Assembly (NCBI RefSeq): GCF_009914755.1
Contig: NC_060932.1
From: the human T2T-CHM13v2.0 reference genome, Homo sapiens
DNA: 64,000 nucleotides
Strand: one strand, 5' to 3'
The notes under the pieces are model-generated. The model worked only from the letters and a program-made list of their open reading frames with translations, did no database searches and was not told where the DNA came from. Position numbers and translations under genes: made by a program. This document shows positions 42,829-54,699 of this stretch, piece after piece (position 1 is the stretch's first letter; every line of letters starts with the position of its first letter).

Positions 42829-43283
42829 GGTACCAAGGTGCTTAGACTATGTGTGTGTATAGACTTTCAGCAGTGAGGACAAGTAGTTGTCAATATATTA
42901 TCTGTCCTAGTAAGGGAGGAAGAGGTTAATCTATTTAATATGTGCCTAAACCTATGAATTTTACCCAGGTCACTCTTCTCACTCCTATTCCATAGCTGAA
43001 ACTGAATTGAAATCCACCTTGCAACCACAGCTCTGTCGTAGGCAGTTCTTTGGTCATACTCACTTCACATCTGCTCTAGCTTCTTCCTCTGTTACTGCCT
43101 TTCTTTGCCTCTTGGCTCTTGGTTTTATTTACTGTATCTGGCTCCACAAAGACAGATTTCAGGGTCTCAGGTTTCATCATGATTATCCTCTAGAAGCAAC
43201 TTGACTTACTCCCCTCCTCCAGCTCTTCCAGTTCCAGCCATCCCCACTGAGTTCCAGCCCCTAGGCCCCAGCCTGCTGTCTAA

Positions 43284-43538
43284 CCACATCACATTATTCT
43301 AAAATTTCTAAACATTTTAGGAGAAAATGATGTACTGGAACTCAAATTATCCAGTTGTCAAATATCTAAGTTTGGTAGGGCATTGGAGACTCTGAGGTAT
43401 TGAATGAGGTTGACTCGGGCTGAAATTCAATGCCCCTGGGCTTTATTATAATCTGCTTTTACAATATACTTCCTTTTATTTCCTGAATTTTTCATTTCAC
43501 TCCATGAATTCGGGAAATTTTAGAATAATGTGATGTAG
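43284..43538. repeat. 255-bp unit bounded by 25-bp inverted repeats (MITE-like)
   Basis: 43284-43308 matches the reverse complement of 43514-43538 at 24/25; flanks CTAA and TTAA. Confidence 0.75.
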
Positions 43539-46500
43539 TTAAACTAGTGGAAATATCCGAGCTACAAATCTAGCTGTTCATCGGATTTAAGACAGGGCTG
43601 ATTCTCCATTGTAGGGTGAAGTTCAAACTCCTTAGCCTGCCATTGAAGACCTTCCCCAGGCTGGTACCTGCCTGCCTTCCCACTTTTATTCCTCATGTGT
43701 CATCTGCTTACACAAATTGGTTTCCCTGCTGTTCATGGAACACTCCTTATATTTTGTCTCGTCTGACTCTGTTCCTATTTCTGGAATGGGCTCCTCCCCC
43801 CATGCTATCTACATCCTAAGCCATCTCAAGGCCCAGCTCAGATGTCACCTTCTCTATGAAACTTTTCTAACACCCTCTGATCTCCTAGGCCATTTTTGTT
43901 TGCACCATTTTTGATGATTTATTATATACTAGGAATGCTGTTCAAAACACTGAGCACTAACTGATCATAATGGCTGCTGGCCATAGTGCTAGCACATGAC
44001 TCCAAAGGCCCTTCTCTGTGCCAGATATTTCCCTATATATGCTGAATGATGGAGAGGCCTTTAAGGCCTGAGCAAGGGGTCAGAGTGGTCAGAATAGTGG
44101 GGAGCGCAGAGGTGGGAGTGCTTTGGGACAGATGCCATTTGCCACCCAGAATAGAAGTATTTCAAGATTTTAACAGCACAGACATAACAGTGCATACCAG
44201 ATGAAGTCAATTTGCCTTATATTGTCTTATTTTTCTTAACTGGATTTATGTGTATGTTTTGGAAATCATTTAGTCCAGGGCTTCTTAACCTAGAGTCTGT
44301 ACTGTAGACTCAAAGGGAGTTGATGGCATTTACCAGATTTTCAAAGGTACGTGTAATGCAGAGAAGGTTAGGAAACGCTGGTCTCTCCAACACTTCCATT
44401 TACAGATTAAGAAACTGTAGCTGAGTGAGGTTGAGCATAAGAACTATGCATGCAATAATTTTCAGGGAGATATTTGCCATCTGCGGTCCAATTCAAGTTC
44501 CCTTATTAAAGGTACACTTAGAGTGTTCCATGACATCATATCAATGAACTGTCCTCACTTTTTCTCCTGCAGGCACCCTGGAGGGCTTGCCTGGTTGGTC
44601 AAGACTCTTGGTAAGGTTGGCAGGGAGCTGGTGCAGACAATTGCTCTTCTTAAACAGTAGATGAAGTACTGGCACTAGTACTTAGCGGTCTATTGGGAAG
44701 AGGAGTTCAGAATTCCAGTACAAGGAATCTAAAGTTGGTTGTCAGACCAAGGAGAGGGATTGAAAGCAGGTATTAATAATTTACTGAGCATTTACTATCA
44801 GATAGGCTTTTTGTTTTTATTAAGCTATTTAATCTGAATGAGAATCTTATGAAGTAGGAACTGCCATCCCCTACTTTACAGATGAAGAACTCAAGGTCCA
44901 GAGAAGGTAAGTACCTTGCCCAAATGTATACAACTAGGAGAATTAGGATTTGAACTAACGTGGTCAGGCTCCAGCATCTTCACTTCCAACCACTATACCA
45001 GGCTGCCTCTTAAGAGTTGGGTTGTGGAGCCAGGGAATGAAAAAGCAAGGAAAGGTGGGTTTCAGTGAGTGGGTGGTATACGTGGGATTGGGTTGGAGGA
45101 GGCCCTACCAAGTGCTGATACCCTTGGCCAGGCCTCATGTGGTCTGGTGCTGGGATTCTGGACTTGTGTCAAGAGCAGTCATAGGGTGGATAGAGTGTCT
45201 TAAGAGTCTGAAAGCAACTTGCATTGTGGTATTTATTTACTCATCCGTGTAGACTCCCCTATCTTGGTATTAAGGACACAAGATGTACTTACCACCTGGA
45301 AAAAGAACTTGCAGTTCTTTCCAAAGGAATAGAAAATTGAGGATGTGACAATTTTGTTTTGGGGCTATGCTCTCTCCTTTGTAAGTTGTTCTTGTCCCTT
45401 GATGCTGTTTCTTTTCTTTCCTCCACGGTCCTCTCATCCTTACTTCCCCTCTGTCAAAATTCTGTTCTTAGGAAGGGAAGGGAAACCCTTTGAGACTGAG
45501 ATGTGTACAGCTAAGGGGGCATAAACAATTACATCTCCTGGATATTATTTTGTGCATGTTTTGTTTAGCTCTTGCCTTTTAACTCCTATGCCTCCTGAAG
45601 ATCCATGTAGTTAGCACCACATGCAGCTAAGCTCCAAGCACTCCCACTGCATTTTCAACCCAAGTTGGGGACGCTTCCTTGGCACTGGGCTCTTGCTTTG
45701 CCTCCTCTTTCTGTGTCTGCATTTTCTTTGGGTCTGTATATACCAACCTCTTCCCTAGCGCTAACTGGCTGCTCTTCTTGTCTCCCCCGACCAACCCTCA
45801 CCACCGCAAGCCACGTCTGAATGATCCTGGCTGGGAAGAGGGCCTACACTCATCAGAAGCTATACTGGGTTGACTTGTGTTGAGGTAGATACTTGACTGG
45901 GGACTGGGACTGGAAAGAGCCAGGGGATGGGTGTGACCATTCCTGAGGTCCCACCAGCCTTTGAACTTTATACACCTTATCTTATTGAATCTTCCCTACA
46001 ACCCTGTGTGGGTTGTATTTAGTGACCTCATTTTTTAGATGAGGAAATTGAAGATAGGAGAGTTTAAAATAATTTGCTCAAGCTCACACAGCTAATAAGT
46101 GGCAGAGCTGGGACCCAATCCTTATCTGTTGGATTGCAAAGTCCATGTGTAATATTTCCCCTGCCCTGGTACCAGTAAAGAAGCAGCACCCATAATCTAG
46201 TCTAGGGTAATAAGGAATGGCCAGAAATTTAAAAGGAAAGTAAAAGGGCTAGCAGTTGAGTGGACATTGAAATGGAGCAGCCAGAAACAAATGAACAGGA
46301 AAAGAGCAAAGATAGAACTAGAAAGTCTGAGACAACTACAGAGAGTGAAGCTGGAGTTCTTGGAACTTTTTGTTTTTGGTCTTCGGTCCCATGGTTTGGA
46401 GGAGGGGTGGCCTGGCCCAGGGGCCCAGGATGGGTACCCCTCAGCTGAGCTTGGGTCCTCACTCCTGGATCTGTTCTGCTTACAGTGACCACTTCACTGA

Positions 46501-49182
46501 CTGAGCTCCAGCCCCAGGATACCGCTCCAACCTCGGCTAGAAGCAACATGGGGCTCAATTCAGCCTTGGATGGGACAAAAGGAACAAAAACTAAGGGAAT
46601 GAACAAATAAGGCATCCTGGGTTTTAGACATTAAAGAGTTTTCTATAAGCTTGAGGATGACCTCACGTAAAGTTATATAGGTGATATTGGCCCCATGAAT
46701 GCTCACGTCTTGGTCTTTTGACCTCCCTTATGGTCTTTCTAGGAAGATCAATTCTTTCCCTCTCCCCACTATACTATGTACTTTCTGGCTGGGAGGAGAG
46801 ATGGAGGCTGCAGATGGCTTGGAGGAACCCCAGTGGTCTCAGATGTAGCTATTGAGGCTGGAGAGGGAGGATTCCAGCTCTACCCTGAGTGGCTGACTCA
46901 ACTCAGCTCCACTCTTAGGGCTCAGAGCAATGGATCATTTTCTTCTGTGCTTCTGGGTTTTAGGCAGTGTCTTGAGAACTGCATGGCTGAGAGAGAGGAA
47001 ACAGGTGGACACCATGTGGGCTGAAGGAAGCCCAGGGTCACCAACCCACCCTGGGGCCAGAAGGCAATTGTTCCCTTTGGAGGATGGTGTGTTAATCATC
47101 AGATCACTGAGCTGTCAGGCTGCAGAGAGGGGAAATTTAAAGTCAGGGCTTGTCAGATTTGCAACAAGGAACTGATTTAGCAGCAGTTTGAGTCCCTTTT
47201 AGTCCTTCTTATTCTCATCAGCAATAAGTTGGATGTTGGAAAAAATTTAACATGGTAATTTATGCCAGGTGAACTTCACTGTGCTCTGTGCTTCTGGGGT
47301 GCTTTCCTGGAGTCCTGGAACATTGTAGCTGGGAAAGGCCGTCTGGTCCAGTGCCTGATGATTGATTGGTTCTTGGTCATGTTTATTCAATCATACTGAT
47401 TCTCTGGAGAAGGGAAGTGACCTGCCCAAGGTTGTGTAGCATGTTAGGGCTGGAGGGGGTCTGGTCCCAGGCAGCAGATGCCCTTCTCCACAGGGACCAT
47501 TGAATTCTGTGCTCCTGGAAACCTCCATCATAAATACGATCTCCAAAATGAGCTGAGTGGAAGGGCAAATGTAAAGAATTTCACACATCACATGTTATTT
47601 TCCTACTGATTTGTTAATTTTATAGACAATTTATATTATATATTGTCTTTAGAATTAATGAGCATTTACATTTCTAAGCCTTCTCCCTTGGCCGCTAGAT
47701 GAAACTTGTACTTTTCCTTTCTTATTTTTTTTGCATTTAATATGCTACAAACATTAAGTGGCCCAGGGGGTTTACATATCTGCTGGGGGAGGCAGTATGG
47801 TTTAATGGAAAAAGAAATGGACGAGGAACTAGGCAGGCCTGAAGTTCAAATCTTTTCTCTGCTACTGATCACATATGTAACTTTGGGCTGGTTACTTTAT
47901 TTCTCAGAATTTGTGTTTCCTTATCTGTGAATAGGGCAACAGGACATTTCCCCCAACCCCCAGTGGGTTACTCTAAGGATTAAATGAGATAATACATGCA
48001 TAGCATGGCATCTAGCATATAGTAAGCACTCAATAAAAGTTATTAATACTGAGTACTTAACGTTAATTTTCTTCCACTTATAGGATGTTCTGTTTTCATC
48101 ATAGAACCCTCATTAAAAAAAGAAAAACCAAAGAGCAATTGCCTTTTAAAATGGAATGTTCTTGTGTTGGCTCACATAAGTGGAAATGCACATCTGTATT
48201 TTGAATTAGATCACCTGGTGTTTATAGCATCTCTGGGGCATACAAAAGACTTTTACATTAGTTTTGTTTAGTTTTTTATAAGCTCATGAATTTTCACAGC
48301 ATTCTTATGAGACAGGAATTAGACATATTGTTCATGAATTAATGAAAGTACAGAGAGGTTTAGGCACTTGTCCAACATCACAGAGACAAATTAGTGACAG
48401 CCAGGAATAGTATCGACATTTCCAGCCTGGAAACTTGGTACTGACTCGCTGTCCACTGATGACATGCTCGATGTTTTTGTGTGTGTCTTTTCTCCTGCAG
48501 TAGGGTTTTGCGTCTCTTAGGTCCTCTGTAGTGGCGCAAAGGTCATGAAGGGTACACAGAGCTTCTATCAGATATTGGCCACTCCTCCCCTATGCCGGTT
48601 TCCACTGGACGAGCAGGGAGGGGCAATTACAGCAGTGCTGATGAGAGGGAAGTGGAGTCCATGAAATGTCCATCAAGTTCTATTCCACAACCAAAGGCAC
48701 TTCAGGCATTCGTGAGGTGGTGGTAGTGATGGTGAATATTTTGGGGGACCAGCAGTGGCATTCCCAGTGCTTCTAAAATCATCTTGTAAGGGTGGGGAAC
48801 TTTCTGGTTCTGGGTGAGGGGTTCTGATGGAAATTACGGTGTCAGATTCTGGGGTCTGATTGCCTTGCTTTTAGGGTGGGCACAAGCCCTGCTCTGGCAG
48901 AAGGAGTCTGCTCCTCAAAGGCAGCCCTGGGATAGACTCTGGAATGACCGGGTGGTCGTGCCTGGTCTCCCTGTTAACTCTGGCCATCTCAAAACTTGGG
49001 ATGACTCACAGACTCTTCCTATTTCATGTTTTTGGACAAGCTTTGTCTTTTCTTGACTTACCTGCTAATTACACTTGGGGTCAACCTTCACTCTACTTCG
49101 ATCACTGTAACTGTGTTTTGATATTTTAAAAAAATTATTTTTTATATTTAGAAGATACAGTACTTTGTTTTCTTTCCTTTAC

Positions 49183-49580
49183 TTTTTTTTTTTTTTTTTA
49201 AATTTCCATGGGTTCTGGGAGAATAGGTGGTATTTGGTTACACAAGTCCGTTCTTTAGTGGTGATTTGTAAGATTTTGGTGCACCCATCACCCGAGCAGC
49301 ATACACTGAACCCAGTTTGCAGTCTTTTATCCCTCACCCCCTTCCCACCCTTTCTCCCTCAGTCCCCAAAATCTATTGTATCATTCTTATGCCTTTGCAT
49401 AAGAATCCTCATAGCTTAGCTCCTATCCCACTTATGAGTGAGAACATACGATGTTTGGTTTTCCATTCCTGAGTTACTTCACTTAGAATAATAGTCTCCA
49501 ATGCCATCCAGGTTACTGTGAATGTGATTAACCCATTCCTTTCTATGGCTGAGTAGTATTCCATCATATATATATATATA
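49183..49580 (-). mobile_element. L1PB-like 3' end
   Basis: cattcctgagttacttcacttagaataatagtctcca and tggtgatttgtaagattttggtgcacccatcacc. Confidence 0.88.
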
Positions 49581-52500
49581 CACCACTAACTATGTTTTGA
49601 TTTTCTTCTTTTTTTTTCTGGCAGCCTAACATTGCACTGTCTCTGATTTTCAGCTTCAAACGCTTGTCTTGTGGCCGACCACTTAGTTTTCTGTCCTTGC
49701 TAGCATATAAGAAGAAAGAGGGTGGCACAGGTGGATGGCTCAGAGGAACTTTCCTGTAGGAGGTAGGAACTGAGCTGGGCCTTGAAGTTTGGGAAACATC
49801 CTAACACGTGGAGAGAGTTGGAGAGGGGGCCTTAAGCAGCAGGAGCAAGAACAAGGCGTACAGTGTGGAGTCATAGGAAAGCCATGGTTCTAGAGTTCAA
49901 AGGGTGAGTCAGCTCTGATGCTTACAAGAGTCAGAGTGCTTACAAAAACCTGACCTTGGGCAGGTTCCTTAACGTCTCTGGAGCTTGGCTTTCTTACCTG
50001 TAAAATGGGGATAATACAACTTACTTCTCAGAGTCATTGGGGCTATTAAATAGTACATATAAAAGCAACTAGCATGATGCCCCTGGTAAGTTCTCAATAA
50101 ATGTTGATTTTATGTCATTTCATGCTGCCCACCATGCTGGTTAACAGGCGGGAGAAAGAGCTAGAGAGGGGAAGAAACTCCTGTTCCTGCTCTAGCCTCT
50201 TGCCTGGCCAATTGCTCAATGCTGAGTATCGGGAAAGCTTCTTAAACAGATGTGCCTGTGCCTCCAGGGCCGGTCCTTGAGTGTCTTGATTCCTGGAGCT
50301 TGCACATGGGGCTAATGCTGCGTTATCTTGCCCTTGTTAAAACTCAGCCTGGGGATGTAAAGAGATGTCAACTCCTCCCCCTCCCACGTGCCTGTGTCCC
50401 TCATCCTTCCTCCCTGGGGTGGTGTATTCCAGCTGTTGTAGGCTTTGTGCATTTAACAAAAGGCATCATTATGGAAACCCCTGTATTGTGTTGAGTTCAG
50501 GGAGACCCTGATGTTGGGAGCGGCCTGGACTCATTTGCTCTTGTTAACCAGGTGTGCTTGTGTGAACATGTCTTGTCCCAGCTCGAGTTCCTTTTTCAGG
50601 TGACCTTAGCACCCCCATCCTGTTTATCTTACTGCTAACTATGGCTCTTTCTATATTTATTGATCATCTGCTCTGTCTCTGGGTTTTGATCTTTGCTCCA
50701 GGACTTCTGTCTCTGGATTTGAACCTCTGCTAACAGAATGTTGTCATTGTCTGTGGTATTTAATTTTCTAACTCCTTTTCTTAAATTTGATCTAGAGTTC
50801 TCACCAGGCTCCGTCTTTTCTCACTAGTAATTAAAAGTACTACTGATCACTGCCCAGGCATTAACACTAGGGGCTCTGGACTGGATGTCCAGAATTCTTT
50901 ATTTCTATTTTTAGTTGAATCCCTGGATCCAGATCTTTTATATAGGTTTGACTACCTATATCCACCCAACCTGTCAGAAATGTCTTGCTAGGATTTCTTC
51001 TAGACTCCAAACTGATAAATTCCAGCAGAGATTCTGATTCAGAAGGATGGTTAGGGAAGGAGATAGGGTGAGAGAGAACTCCAGGGAACCAGAGCCTAGA
51101 AACTGCCTAGAATCCCATGTGTTTCTGATACAGGTGGATCATGGATCAGACACTCTGAACAACACTGATCAACACTGAAGTTTCTGGAAGTCTGACTTTC
51201 ATATAAAGGGAAATATTGTCATATTGGCCAATAGAGATTTAAAGTCGCAAGGTTTAAGACCAGGTAAGAATAACTTAAGACATCAGATCTTCTTTGCAGG
51301 TGGCAAACAATTTAATTTCCTAAGTAAGCTAAATGTTCTCTCCCTAAGTTTGTCTCTTTTAAGTATTTTCTTGATTAGCTGTTTCTTCAGAGGAAACTCA
51401 GAGGTGAACTTCAGGCAATGTTTTGTTCAAATTACTTTTAAATTTTGAATGTGTTCATGTCTGTGTTTATGACCTGTGCCTGGGCTTACAGAGTATAAAG
51501 TGTATTCTCATCAGGCCCCATTGTCACTTTCCCCTTCCAACCCTTGCCCTTAATCTGCCCCATATTCCAGCCAGCTCCCACTAACTATTGGTTGCCGTTC
51601 CAATAAGTACTTCATGGGCAATCTTTCTCTGAGTTGTATTTTTAGAGGAAGAGATGAAAGGAGACTGAAAAATTAAAATCAAGATAAGCAGTCTCTCCCT
51701 TGGAATGTTATTAAGAGGATGTGGTCATTTAAAAGTACTTTCCCCTCTCTTCTCTTCAGTGTTTGACATCTGAAGTCATAGAAGATGCTATCATACCTTG
51801 CTTTATTAACATGGCTAGAGTCACCTGTTTCAAAAGGCCCAGGAACATTAACCTTAAGTGAAAAGAAAGTGGCACGAAAGGAAAGATAAAAGGAAACTGG
51901 CTTTTGGCAGCAGGAGACACTGGCTCTCAGCCAGGCTCCTGCAGCTACTCTGTTAAGTGGCTCCATGAAATTATTTTACGGGGAGATTATTTCCACTATC
52001 TGAGTATACTGAGGCTGTCGTGGTTCGGACATCTTGTGAAGTTATATAACTCGTTGCTCTTCCAGGAGAATGCGGGAAGCGGGTAGTAAGTTAGGAAAGA
52101 GAGTTGACCAGGCACATAATTGGAATTGGCTTCCTTTGGAGCTCAGCAGGACTTGCCGAGAAGAGTTGGAGGGTTCAAGAGAAGTTGGAATGAGGATCAT
52201 ACACACTCTTGCCATAGCCATTGAGCTCAAGGCCAAGAGAGTGTTCTGGCAGAGCAGAGTTGTTAAAGGAAAGGCGAGGGGAAGCAGAACTGGGGGCATG
52301 GGCGTCACCCAGCTGGCAGAAGCCCTGTAGCAAAGCACTATTGCTAATTCAGTTTTCTTGCACTAAGCCCTGGGCTTACACTGGGCTTATTTCTGGTTGT
52401 TAGAGGTTGAATATTCCTAAAAGATAGATGGAGTGGGACAGGGTAGGGGTAGTCCTTTTGGGCATGGTGACCTTATAGCCCAGCCTTTATGAGAGAGTAC

Positions 52501-53576
52501 AGATTCCAATGCTCTTCTTTGTTGACTCTTTTGCCCATTTGTCAAAGTGTATGTCCTGATTTTGGGGTGGGCGACCCCTGTGCTTGGTTTCTCCGGCAGA
52601 GTATCACAGAGTGGCTTTGGATTCTGTTAATCTTCATTTCCAGGTCTGCTATTTCCCCTCCAGAGTCTAACAAGGCAAGTGATTTTTAGTTCATTAGTAT
52701 ATTAGACTAGTTCATTAGTCTATAGAATAGCCTGGACTGAGGAAGGAGTTTGATTAAAAGCAAGACAGCTGGTTTTGCTTCTTCCTGAGCATAGGCAGAA
52801 CCTGCCTTATAGCAAGCTACCTTGCAAATGAGAAGAGCCAAATGCCATAGAGCCAAGAAGAGTGGGGAGGGGGCAGAGATCAGGTGTGAATGGATTTTGC
52901 CACCTGGGAAGCCAGCTCAAAGCATGTGTCATCATGATGGCTTTATCATCATGGAGAAGGAACAGTAAATTAGTATGCTGGCAGGAAGTACTTTCCATTC
53001 ACTAAAGAAAACGATAAAAAAATTATGAACTGTAATCATCTTGTAGGGGTGAAGGTGGTTGTTAGTCCCAGGCTGTGATTGCTTTGGAGCCTAGCACTTA
53101 GTAGGAGCTGGATCTTGGTGTTGCATGTTGTATGAATCGCCTTGACCTTGAGTTGTGTGACTCAGCAGTTTTCTGGGAACAGACACATATGTCTTAAACA
53201 TTAAAATCATTGGATGTATATGTGAATAGCTAGTAATCAAACATGACAAAAGTGTTTGCTACTTTAAAGAGGCCTTTTATATAAATACCTATGGTTAGAA
53301 CATGGTATTGATACTTTGGATCCTTTAAGGTCAATCCAGAGTAGTTTTATGGTAGTAAGTGACTGATTTGTTGAAGGCCTGCTTTTTGATTGTGATTTTT
53401 TAAAAAAAATCTTACTTTTGTCTTACTACAAAAATATGGTATCTTGTAAAAATACTGAAAAAACCCCTCAAACCCAAACTCAAAATGGTAAGCAACCCTA
53501 TGAAACAATCACTACTAACCTTCTAAAATATAACCTTCTAGCCTTTTATATATGCATGTATATGGGTACACATATA

Positions 53577-53614
<38 letters not shown>

Positions 53615-53634
53615 CCCTTATACACATTTTAAAA

Positions 53635-53992
53635 AACTTTTAAGTTCAGGGGTACATGTGCAGGATGTGCAGTTTTGTTACATAGGTAAATGTGTGTCGT
53701 GGGGGTTGTCGTACAGATTATTTCATCACCCAAGTATTAAGCCTAATATTCATTAAGTATTTTTCTGATCCACCCTCCACCCCCAGGTAGGCCCCAGTGT
53801 GTGTTGTTCCTGTCTATGTGTCCATGTGTTCTCAGTATTTAGCTCCCACTTACAAGTTAGAACATGTGGTATTTGGTTTTCTGTTCTTGCGTTAGTTTGT
53901 GAAGGATAATGGCCTCCAATTCCATCCATGTCCCTGCAACAGACATGGTCTTGTTCTTTTTTATGGCTGTATAGTATTCCATGGTGCATATA
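53635..53992 (-). mobile_element. L1PA (older) 3' end
   Basis: ttttaagttcaggggtacatgtgcaggatgtgcag...tagtattccatggtg. Confidence 0.9.
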
Positions 53993-54699
53993 TAAATGTT
54001 TTTACAAAAAGGAGATAATATCACGTATTTTACTAAATTATTTTTCTACCTGTATGTATATGTTTATAAATAGACTTTTTTTACATTTATTTTTTATTTT
54101 TTGAGCCTGTATCACTGGTAATGTTTTTTAACCTTTTTAATAAGTAAATGTTGTTTCATCACAAATTCCTTAATCACTCTATTGTTAAACATATAGATTA
54201 TTTTGATTTGTTTGGCAACAGAAAAGTTTTGTGATAAATATCTGTGTCATAAAATGTTACATATGTATATCATTTCCTACTACATTTCTAGAAGTAAATT
54301 CTAGTTCAAAGAATTTGTAAAATTTTAAGACCTTGTATAGGTTTAAAATAATATTCCCCCCCACCACACAACCAAGGCACTCTATTTTGCATTCTCATCA
54401 GTAGTGTTTGAAAGTTCTATTTTCTTCAAACACTGATCCACTCTGGAAATTATTATTAAAAAATATTTTCCAATTAGACTGGTGAAAATGTGTGTAACTT
54501 GAGCATTTTTCATCTGCAATAGTCAATTGTATTTGTTCTTTTGGAATTTGCTTTTATTTCTTTTGCTGCTTTTTCTACCAGAGTGCTTATGCCTATAGAT
54601 GGTAAGAACTTTTTGTATATCTCACATGTGTCTTGCTATTGTCCCAGAACAAATTTTCTGAAAACAGAGTGACTACCTTTTAATTTAATTAGGTCATAT

